From Candidatus Parvarchaeota archaeon (GTDB taxonomy: Archaea > Nanobdellota > Nanobdellia > Parvarchaeales > Parvarchaeaceae): DNA of 64,000 bases. The notes beneath the pieces are model-generated. The model saw only the letters and a program-made list of their open reading frames with translations, searched no databases and was not told the origin of the DNA. The stretch is taken from the NCBI GenBank assembly GCA_025920305.1, contig JAPDMB010000001.1:538-64537 (forward strand), written 5' to 3'. This document shows positions 56,568 to 64,000 of the stretch, piece by piece. The stretch's first letter is position 1, and every line of letters starts with the position of its first letter. The translations under genes were made by a program, and so were the position numbers.

Positions 56568-58286
56568 TCACGTTTCGAAGAACTTTCCGGCCTCTTTTTG
56601 CTCCATGTCTAATCTGCTGCCAGGTAGATTTATCCTAGGTCTACCGCTTTCAGCGTCTTTTCTCATAGTTACATTGGCTCTCTTAAGCAGATTATTTATA
56701 GCCTCATCTGTCCTGGATATACGGGTCGCTATGCCCGTTTTATCCGGGTCTCCTTCGAATAGGAGGGCCCTCGTACTGACCGCGTTTATAAGCGTGAGAT
56801 CGTGGTCTATTATCATTGCGCTCTTCCTATTCGCCTTTATGAACGAACCTATTATGTTTATCGTCTCCAACCTGTCTTCCAGGTCTAAATTTGCAGACGG
56901 TTCATCAAATAGGTAAATATCCGCGTCCCTTAAAATCGTCGAAAATATGGCTAATTTCTGCAGTTCCCCTCCGGACAGGTTTTTCACGTTTTTGCTGAGG
57001 ACTCTGTCAATCTCAAGTTTTTTCATAACGTTTCCGAAGGATTCATTCGACGTGAAATCTGCCCTTATCGATGCGAGGAGGTCTTTTACTAGTACGTCAG
57101 GAGCCTCTATAAACTGCGGTTTATAAGAGATCCTTATCCCAAGTTCTAATTTGCCTGCATCTGTATCTATAGCCCCTGTCATAGCTCTTGCGAAGGTCGT
57201 CTTTCCGATTCCGTTCTCTCCGATGATGCCTATTATCTCACCTTTATATATTGTACCTTCCTTCACAAAGAGTTTGAATCCACCGACTTCTACATTAAAA
57301 TCCGGCCAGGACGTCAGCGGTTCTAAACTGCCCTCCGGCACATTTCCTTTGATGTTCAGTCCATGATCCCTAAATCTCATGTTTTCGGCGGGTAGATATC
57401 CTCTTAGGTAGTTGTTTATGCCCTGTCTGGTCGGCATTATATGCGAGACTATGCCGTAGTTTGATTCAGAGCCGTACATTATCTGCACGAAGTCTGTGAG
57501 GTAATCGAGCATGATCAGGTCATGCTCTACGATTACTACCGTTTTATCCTTAAGATTCTCCTTTATTGTTTTAGCCACCTTTAGCCGCTGAGATATATCC
57601 AAATAATTCATCGGCTCGTCCAATATGTATACATCTGCGTCTTTATCCAACGCGGCAGAGATCTCCACCAGCTGCGCCTGCCCTCCAGATAATGATGAGA
57701 TGTCCCTATCCATTATATCCCTGCTTATTAGATTATACTTATTCTCCTTCACAGCGTCCTTGACTGCGCCCGTTAATGCTAAATTTTGTTCTTTTTTGGA
57801 TACTTTTAGCTCCCCGCTATACAGTCTCTCCAAATACGGCTGGATCTCCCTGCCCCGAAACCTCCTTATTATCTCTTTGTCCTCCGTCTTATCGACAAAA
57901 TTGCCGAAGTTAGGCTTCAGAGAATTTGATATCAGATTTATATTAGTAGTCTTGCCGATTCCGTTTTTCCCTAGTATGCCAACTACCTTGCCGTTCATCG
58001 GGGATATTATATTATACGTCCTGAATGAATTTACGCCGTATTGGAAGGTCAGCTCTCTATTCAGCTCATCAGGCAGGTTTATCACCCTTATCGCATCATA
58101 CGGGCACCTATTTACACATATCCCGCACGCTATACACAGCTCTTCATCTATTGCGGCTTTCTTGTTCTCTCTTTTATAAACAGTATTAATAGCCCCCTCT
58201 CTCACCCTCGGGCATACCTGTGCGCATATATAGTCGCAGGCTTGCGGTGCCTGGCATTCTTTCTCCTTTATCGTGACGATCTTCAT
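56568..58286 (-). CDS. abcE1: ABCE1 (RNase L inhibitor / ribosome recycling factor)
   Basis: N-terminal 2x[4Fe-4S] domain (CDYICAQVCP, CIACGICVNRCP) followed by two ABC ATPase cassettes (GKNGIGKTT...LSGGQAQ; GENGIGKTT...LSGGELQ). Confidence 0.95.
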   Translation of the reverse strand: MKIVTIKEKECQAPQACDYICAQVCPRVREGAINTVYKRENKKAAIDEELCIACGICVNRCPYDAIRVINLPDELNRELTFQYGVNSFRTYNIISPMNGKVVGILGKNGIGKTTNINLISNSLKPNFGNFVDKTEDKEIIRRFRGREIQPYLERLYSGELKVSKKEQNLALTGAVKDAVKENKYNLISRDIMDRDISSLSGGQAQLVEISAALDKDADVYILDEPMNYLDISQRLKVAKTIKENLKDKTVVIVEHDLIMLDYLTDFVQIMYGSESNYGIVSHIMPTRQGINNYLRGYLPAENMRFRDHGLNIKGNVPEGSLEPLTSWPDFNVEVGGFKLFVKEGTIYKGEIIGIIGENGIGKTTFARAMTGAIDTDAGKLELGIRISYKPQFIEAPDVLVKDLLASIRADFTSNESFGNVMKKLEIDRVLSKNVKNLSGGELQKLAIFSTILRDADIYLFDEPSANLDLEDRLETINIIGSFIKANRKSAMIIDHDLTLINAVSTRALLFEGDPDKTGIATRISRTDEAINNLLKRANVTMRKDAESGRPRINLPGSRLDMEQKEAGKFFET

Positions 58287-58337
58287 AGTATTTCAGCGAG
58301 ATAGCATTTTATATCCACATCTATATAAATTTGTGAT

Positions 58338-58787
58338 ATGGACACCGGAGACACATGCGAGTATGTACCTTTCAAAGATAAGCATTCCGATCCTGAGATT
58401 AAGGGAGTGCTTGAAAGATATAAGGTAATCTGCGTGGTGGGCGCTTCTGATATCAGCGGTAAAGCAGCACATGACGTCCCGGAGTATCTTATCTCAAAGG
58501 GATATAATGTAATACCGGTCAATCCAAATCATGCCGAAGTATTCGGTTTAAAGGCCTATAAATCCATAGGAGAGGTAAGAGGCAATGTGGATGTTGTTGA
58601 GATATTCAGGCCTTCTGAAGAGGTCTACGGCATAGTTTCTGAAGCGATCAAAAAGCATCCGAAGGTCATTTGGATGCAGGAAGGCATCTACAATAAAGAC
58701 GCAGTTGAACTTGCGGAGAAAGAGGGGATATTCACCGTCTTCAATAGGTGCATGTTCAAGGAACACGTTAGACTGTTCGGAGATTAA
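58338..58787 (+). CDS. CoA-binding domain protein (COG1832/YccU-like)
   Basis: KVICVVGASDISGKAAHDVPEYLISKGYNVIPVNPN fits the CoA-binding Rossmann-like pattern. Confidence 0.75.
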   Translation: MDTGDTCEYVPFKDKHSDPEIKGVLERYKVICVVGASDISGKAAHDVPEYLISKGYNVIPVNPNHAEVFGLKAYKSIGEVRGNVDVVEIFRPSEEVYGIVSEAIKKHPKVIWMQEGIYNKDAVELAEKEGIFTVFNRCMFKEHVRLFGD

Positions 58788-58867
58788 GATCTCCCTTTCT
58801 CAAAGTTTATAAGTGTATATCGACAATATTAATAAAGTGGGCGGAAGCCCCGGATATCGCAATCTAT

Positions 58868-60574
58868 ATGGCAGAATATGAAGTGGATAGCAATTTCAAT
58901 GATGCTTTCAAACAGTATTCTCTCGGCGTCTCAATAGATAGCAAAAATCAACTGGATGAGTTTGCCAAGGTCCTTAGGAGCGGTGCGCAGATGACGGAGA
59001 TAAATATAGCGAGCATGTATCAAGGCGAGGGCGGGACACCGGCTGCTAGGATAGGCAAAGAAGAACGGGAGGCGATTGGGCACCTTGCCGAGGTCAATAA
59101 GGTCAATCTAAGCGTGCATGCCCCGTGGTCTTTGAACTTTGCTGGTATAAATCAGCGCGGTGAGGTAGACCCGGTTTATAGGGAGACTTTGATGAGAGAG
59201 ATAGAGGCTTCTCTGAAATTTTCAGATGATTTGAGTTCAAGCATTAAGATGAATAACATGCCCGTGATATTTCATGCCTCCTATGATCAATTCGGCAACC
59301 CTGACCCGAAGAGATTGATCAATGTATACAGCAAGCAGGAGGGGAAGGTCATACCTTTAAAGGAGGAGATCATACCAGGTATAACAAAAGAGGAGTTCGA
59401 GAGCAAGAAATTCTACGGTGACGATCTGGATAAGGTCACAGCCGGGATGTCGCCGGAGGAGAAGAAAAAGTTCCTAGATACGCAGATAATAGAAGACAAG
59501 GTTAACAATGCGGTTGTTCTTACACCAATCGCTAGACTGAAGCTGATAAATGTGCGAGCGAGGGAACAATTAAGCCAGCAGCTTGCGAATATAGAGTCTT
59601 CCAGATACAGCATAGAAAAGCTTCAGAAACCAAGCATAGCGAGGGAGTTGACCGATGCGATGAGAGCGGGTGACGCAGAGAAGGTGAAGACGCTGACGGA
59701 GTCGGTAGATGCCCTCGACAAAGCATTGAAGGATCTGGAGAGGCGGAGGAATCTCCTGGAAAAGCAGATGCAGGCAACGGAGGACGAATATGTGGAGTAT
59801 GAGAAGGTGGCGCCGGAGCTCGCAGCAGAGGGCATAAAGGACGCAGCTTTATATTCCGCATTCAATACTAAGACGAAGCCGCAGATACTCATTGAGAACC
59901 CTATGTCGCCAAACATGTCCTTAAGCGATCCGAAAGGGCTTTCGGAGACGGTAAGAAGGGCGAGGGAACTATTCGTAGAAGACGCAGTGAAAAAAGGCAT
60001 GCCGAGGGAAGAGGCTCTCAGGCTAAGCCAGGACCTTATTGGAATAAACTTGGATACAGGCCATCTAAATACGTTTAAGCAGTACGAGAATCCCCAGACA
60101 GGCAAGCCTTATGAGGACAAAGATATTGTAGATATGGCTTTGTCTCTAAAAGATATGATAAAGCGTTACCACCTTAGCGACAATATGGGTGATATAGACG
60201 CCCATCTTCCCCTCGGACAGGGAACCACGCCGACAAAGAAGATTTACGATGAGCTGAGAGCGGCTGGCGTAGACGTTCCTGCCATAATGGAAGTTTTCGG
60301 GGGCGTTGGCGGGCTTGAAACCGGCATGGTCCAGTCCTACCAGTACATGAATGCTCCTATATATGGCTCGGTGCCTTACACCAGTATCCCGACATATGCA
60401 GCTCACCCTTATTCGTCGATCGTGGGGGATTATTCCTCATACAGTAACCTCGGGCTTAGGAATGATTTCTTCGCATATGGCGGTTTCTCCGGCCTGTTTC
60501 CGGCTTTGGGAGGCGGATATATGAATGAAGGCGACAGAAGCAAGCAGGGCTTCTCTGGCGCCCCAATGAGTTAA
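58868..60574 (+). CDS. endonuclease IV / xylose-isomerase-like TIM-barrel protein with a roughly 230-aa coiled-coil insertion and a Tyr/Gly/Ser-rich C-terminal tail
   Basis: N-terminal part VNLSVHAPW and MPVIFHAS. C-terminal part INLDTGHLN and YHLSDNMGDIDAHLPLGQG. These resemble the Nfo/AP-endonuclease-2 metal-binding blocks (HAPY, DTCH, HLND...H). They are separated by a charged coiled-coil region (aa about 170-400). Tail ...YGGFSGLFPALGGGYMNEGD. Confidence 0.4.
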   Translation: MAEYEVDSNFNDAFKQYSLGVSIDSKNQLDEFAKVLRSGAQMTEINIASMYQGEGGTPAARIGKEEREAIGHLAEVNKVNLSVHAPWSLNFAGINQRGEVDPVYRETLMREIEASLKFSDDLSSSIKMNNMPVIFHASYDQFGNPDPKRLINVYSKQEGKVIPLKEEIIPGITKEEFESKKFYGDDLDKVTAGMSPEEKKKFLDTQIIEDKVNNAVVLTPIARLKLINVRAREQLSQQLANIESSRYSIEKLQKPSIARELTDAMRAGDAEKVKTLTESVDALDKALKDLERRRNLLEKQMQATEDEYVEYEKVAPELAAEGIKDAALYSAFNTKTKPQILIENPMSPNMSLSDPKGLSETVRRARELFVEDAVKKGMPREEALRLSQDLIGINLDTGHLNTFKQYENPQTGKPYEDKDIVDMALSLKDMIKRYHLSDNMGDIDAHLPLGQGTTPTKKIYDELRAAGVDVPAIMEVFGGVGGLETGMVQSYQYMNAPIYGSVPYTSIPTYAAHPYSSIVGDYSSYSNLGLRNDFFAYGGFSGLFPALGGGYMNEGDRSKQGFSGAPMS

Positions 60575-60578
60575 ATCT

Positions 60579-61376
60579 ATGGAAGAGAACAATGAAGAGG
60601 GGAAGTTGAAACTGATAGGGTATGATGCAGCATATAAGTTCGCAAAGGACATATTCGTGAAATATCCAAGGGTGATAAAGTCTATAATCCTCTTTGGTTC
60701 GTACTCCAAGGGCAAAGAGACGCAGAGTAGCGACGTAGACATCATGATCGTGATGGATGATATACTGAACAAACTAGATGAATCTTTCCTAGGGGTGTTT
60801 TACAAGGACGTGGACGAACATGTGAAAGAGGAGAGATCAATTAAACTGCACATAAATTTCGTGACGTTAACAGCTTTCTGGAAGGGTGTGCTTAATGCCG
60901 ACCCTGTCTCCGTTAATGTGTTAAAATATGGGGTAGCGCTGGTGGACACTGGTTATTTCGAGCCATTACAGGTGCTCCTGCAGAGAGGGGAGATAAAACC
61001 CACTGAGGAGTCGATATATGCGGCTCTCTCTCGGAGTCAACTTTACTATGACTCTGCAAAGCTGAGGATGGCGGGCGCCGTTTTAGATCTGTACTGGAGC
61101 GTGATAAACTCGGCTCAGGCTCTTATAATGAGGAACGGAGACGTCCCTCCTTCCCCCGAGTTGATAGGCGAGATGATGGATTCCCTCCAGAGGATGAGCG
61201 TGATAAGCAAGGAGGATGTGGAAAGCTTCAATGAACTGTATTCTATAGGTAAGAGACTTATGCACAATGAGAAATTAGACTTCACCGGAGCAGAGGTAGA
61301 TGCTCTGGCGTCAAAAGCGATGAAGCTGACCGAGAAAATAGAGAATATAATAGATAAAGAGAGGCCAAGCCATTGA
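60579..61376 (+). CDS. nucleotidyltransferase (Pol-beta superfamily minimal NTase) with C-terminal helical domain
   Basis: ILFGSYSKGKETQSSDVDIMIVMDD is the G-S...D-x-D nucleotidyltransferase motif. Start 5 nt after the upstream gene. Confidence 0.7.
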   Translation: MEENNEEGKLKLIGYDAAYKFAKDIFVKYPRVIKSIILFGSYSKGKETQSSDVDIMIVMDDILNKLDESFLGVFYKDVDEHVKEERSIKLHINFVTLTAFWKGVLNADPVSVNVLKYGVALVDTGYFEPLQVLLQRGEIKPTEESIYAALSRSQLYYDSAKLRMAGAVLDLYWSVINSAQALIMRNGDVPPSPELIGEMMDSLQRMSVISKEDVESFNELYSIGKRLMHNEKLDFTGAEVDALASKAMKLTEKIENIIDKERPSH

Positions 61377-61441
61377 TGTTTTTGGTAGATATATGAAATT
61401 CATGTAGAAACCTTTAAATATAAGAAAAAGTTAAGGATATT

Positions 61442-61822
61442 ATGGGTTTTCCATTTAGCGCTCGTATCGGTCAGGGGTTGCCCATCAACACGATAATCTT
61501 AATCGCTGTCGGGCTCCTTATACTTGTTTTGATGATAGTATTTGTCACGGGTGGGTTCAAAGGTCTGGCTCCGGCGACATCCAATAGTGGCCTGTCTGCT
61601 TTTCAGTCCGAATGTAACACCTACTGCGCAGACGCAGGTGCATCTTATCCATACACTTGGTGTACTACTCATACAGTTATAGCTGGAACATATTATGCAT
61701 GTTCGAACGCCACCGGTCCATCTACCACTTGCACGGTTAACTTAGCCAATGGATCCACGGGCGTTTGGGGTTACAGCGCACCTGTTAATGGCAATTATTG
61801 TAAGTTAGACTCAATGAGTTGA
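61442..61822 (+). CDS. secreted Cys-rich pilin-like/surface protein
   Basis: N-terminus ARIGQGLPINTIILIAVGLLILVLMIV (basic-G-Q-G then a hydrophobic helix). The C-terminal half has 6 Cys. Confidence 0.45.
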   Translation: MGFPFSARIGQGLPINTIILIAVGLLILVLMIVFVTGGFKGLAPATSNSGLSAFQSECNTYCADAGASYPYTWCTTHTVIAGTYYACSNATGPSTTCTVNLANGSTGVWGYSAPVNGNYCKLDSMS

Positions 61823-61865
61823 TCCTTGATCTAACCCTTTTATATACATACTCCTTCCTAACTTT

Positions 61866-62432
61866 ATGTCTTTTAAAGTCGTTATACTAGTTGTCATTGT
61901 GATCGGATTGCTGTCCTTGTTTATGTATTTGACGTATTCCCGCTATCTAATCTTAAATGAATGCCATGGCGAATCATTGTTCGTGTCCAGCAGCCAAGAA
62001 TACTGTGTGCCGGGATATGTCAATGCTGTGGTGGTGAACAGCTCGATTTACGCGTCTAATTTCCAGTTTTTGGATGGTAAACCTTTCTTGACGATTTGGA
62101 CGGAGAGTATGACAGAACCAGGGGACAAATATCTGTTCTCGAGCATCCCCGATACGTTTGCTGTCCATATGTCTTACACCTCTAATGTGACTTTAGAAGT
62201 CATGATAATGACAAATCAGCAGTACGTTAAGTGGGCAGAGTCAAATGAGACAGTGGTAGGATACGTTTTAAGGTATGTAAACTCCACCGCTTCATTCTGG
62301 TTCAATCAAAGCGAAGGATGCGGAGCATACGTTATGGTGATAAAATCTGCAAATAATACCCCTTTCACGGTCGTCCCGGATGAACAAGCCCTATATGATC
62401 CTTCAACCAATGCCACAGGAGTATGCGCATGA
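61866..62432 (+). CDS. membrane-anchored extracellular protein, hypothetical
   Basis: Single N-terminal TM (KVVILVVIVIGLLSLFMYL), then a domain with N-glycosylation sequons and Cys pairs. Confidence 0.4.
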   Translation: MSFKVVILVVIVIGLLSLFMYLTYSRYLILNECHGESLFVSSSQEYCVPGYVNAVVVNSSIYASNFQFLDGKPFLTIWTESMTEPGDKYLFSSIPDTFAVHMSYTSNVTLEVMIMTNQQYVKWAESNETVVGYVLRYVNSTASFWFNQSEGCGAYVMVIKSANNTPFTVVPDEQALYDPSTNATGVCA

Positions 62433-62644
62433 TGACTTATTTTTAACAAACCCGCCGAGAATTCCCCTTTTGAAAGATGAGGGGATGAAAGACAGTAAAA
62501 ATAAGTATTTATGTATAAAGGATAATAAAATAGTCGTGGTATACAATTTAGACAAGGAAAAGCAGAAGGCAAAAATATATGTGTAATTACACCATATGAA
62601 AGCCTGGGGTAGTTCACATATAAGGCATTGCTTAGTTAAACGAT

Positions 62645-63262
62645 ATGGATGCGAACGCTTTTGATGTATCTAATGATTTAAATAAACTGTACACGGACAG
62701 CGGCCCTTTGAAGGTGCTGCAGAACATATTGGATCACAATAACCTTGATCTATACATGGCTTACGCACCTGACGGCTCGATAAAGCTGAAGTCTACCCAT
62801 CCGATAAGGATATACGCAAAGGATATCTATGGCGTGCTTCTTAGGCTTAACCTGGTAAGTTATATAAATCTCAGTGTGGAGTACACATACAACGATGTTA
62901 AAAAGTCAGTTTCAAAGAAATTCAGTCAGCAGGAAGATATTGATGAGATAGTGGACGATCTAGTGAGCCTGCCGCATGATAGGATAATCGATATAATAAT
63001 AGATACAGATGTATTCAAGATAGTAGAGGTACCGGAGAGCATCGAGGACAGCGTCTCCGTTATACTGAAGAAAGGCGATCCAAAGCTCCTGTTTAAAAGC
63101 CTCCTTCTATATCTCTTCCCCTTCGTTAGCGTACCAGTTGAGAAATCCGTCAAATACACGATCAATTTTGAAAAAGCCGGCGATGGGTTTGATATTAGCA
63201 CGACACTGCATGTCGATGACGCATCTATAGGTATAAAGTCAAAGAAGGTGAGGTTCATTTAG
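62645..63262 (+). CDS. hypothetical protein
   Basis: 205-aa ORF with no recognisable motif. Sits between pilin-like genes and a FlaH-like ATPase gene. Confidence 0.3.
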   Translation: MDANAFDVSNDLNKLYTDSGPLKVLQNILDHNNLDLYMAYAPDGSIKLKSTHPIRIYAKDIYGVLLRLNLVSYINLSVEYTYNDVKKSVSKKFSQQEDIDEIVDDLVSLPHDRIIDIIIDTDVFKIVEVPESIEDSVSVILKKGDPKLLFKSLLLYLFPFVSVPVEKSVKYTINFEKAGDGFDISTTLHVDDASIGIKSKKVRFI

Positions 63263-63267
63263 CGATT

Positions 63268-63933
63268 ATGGACTCTCTTGCAGTCGGCATAGATTCCTTC
63301 GATAAGGTTGTCGGGGGGATACCAATGCATAGGAATTACCTGCTCAATGGATCGAAGGAGAGTGGGAAGGACCTATTCGCTTATCATCTTACGCTGTCAG
63401 CCCTGGCTAATAAGGTCGGTGTGATCTATATAACCTCCAGTAAAAGTGCAAGTGACCTTCTATCTAGCTTCTCCCTGAGGAATATAAATATATCCCAATA
63501 TCTTGGGAATTCGCTCAAAATAGTGGATAACTTCATCAGAAACATCCAGCCGGATGCGAAGGATAACGCCTACACAAGGGTATTGAACGGACCGTTGGAT
63601 TTGACAGGCCTTGCTGTGGCGGTGTCATCGCTGAACAGCGATTTCATAAAGGATGGGAAGACGACCATCAATATCTTCGATTCTGTGTCCTCCCTGCTTC
63701 TATCCAATAACTCAAACACCATCTTCAGATTTTTACAGTTCATATGCGGCAAGTCAAAGATATCCGGCGTTACCAGTCTGTTTTTAATAGACAGTGATAT
63801 GCATCCCCCGGATATCAATGAGACTATAAAGTCTCTGATGGATGGGGTCATAAATCTTAAGTTAGAGAATGGTGTTAGATATTTCACTTTTACAGGGACT
63901 GAGAAGGAGGTGCTCAATTGGACGCAGTTATAA
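63268..63933 (+). CDS. KaiC-like / FlaH(ArlH)-like RecA-superfamily protein with a non-canonical P-loop
   Basis: GIDSFDKVVGGIPMHRNYLLNGSKESGKDLFAYHL: RecA/KaiC-type layout with the P-loop reading GSKESGKD (Asp in place of Ser/Thr). 221 aa, similar in size to archaellum FlaH. Confidence 0.5.
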   Translation: MDSLAVGIDSFDKVVGGIPMHRNYLLNGSKESGKDLFAYHLTLSALANKVGVIYITSSKSASDLLSSFSLRNINISQYLGNSLKIVDNFIRNIQPDAKDNAYTRVLNGPLDLTGLAVAVSSLNSDFIKDGKTTINIFDSVSSLLLSNNSNTIFRFLQFICGKSKISGVTSLFLIDSDMHPPDINETIKSLMDGVINLKLENGVRYFTFTGTEKEVLNWTQL

Positions 63934-64000
63934 AGGTTTAAATTCTTTTAAATGTTTTGGATAAGCTATGGAGGATAATATCTTTGGAATAGCGAAACTG

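Overview
This window is a chromosomal segment from an AT-rich archaeon, GC about 40% by eye. It is dense with housekeeping genes, and the archaeal assignment rests on several hallmarks:
- a thermosome, Alba, the Sm/L37e pair, aIF2-gamma, S6e and a PolD small subunit;
- a tRNA-splicing endonuclease alongside intron-bearing tRNAs;
- two FtsZ paralogues, with SecE next to FtsZ2;
- tRNAs that do not encode their 3' CCA.

I count about 80 features:
- genes for Mre11/Rad50, RNase HII, RNase J, three class I aaRS (TrpRS, ThrRS, a LeuRS-like enzyme), CTP synthase, pyruvate kinase, enolase, archaeal phosphoglycerate mutase, ABCE1, PolX and ribosomal proteins L3/L4/L23/S2/S6e/L37e;
- five tRNAs, two of them with canonical-position introns (Ile-UAU and Leu-CAA), and a candidate RNase P RNA upstream of ftsZ1.

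I found no CRISPR array, transposase, integrase or rRNA. The observations most worth follow-up are:
- a diphthamide synthase (Dph2) gene split into two ORFs about 48 kb apart on opposite strands;
- a tRNA-Ile with a UAU anticodon and a 24-nt bulge-helix-bulge intron;
- a two-gene operon of a ribbon-helix-helix protein and a cysteine-less CysD-like PP-loop enzyme that share a C-terminal tail motif and sit behind a perfect 20-bp palindrome;
- tandem thymidylate-kinase paralogues, one with a degenerate P-loop and LID;
- a short LeuRS-like synthetase with an altered HIGH motif;
- a standalone Cas4-family nuclease next to pilin-like genes;
- an endonuclease-IV-like TIM-barrel protein interrupted by a roughly 230-aa coiled-coil insertion, coupled to a nucleotidyltransferase;
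- a repeat-rich coiled-coil protein with two small winged-helix proteins just upstream of the RNase P RNA candidate and ftsZ1;
- broken canonical archaeal gene clusters (L3-L4-L23 without L2; secE without nusG).

Together with the split gene and the UAU tRNA-Ile, these point to a small-genome, possibly DPANN-like lineage. I cannot identify the species from sequence alone.
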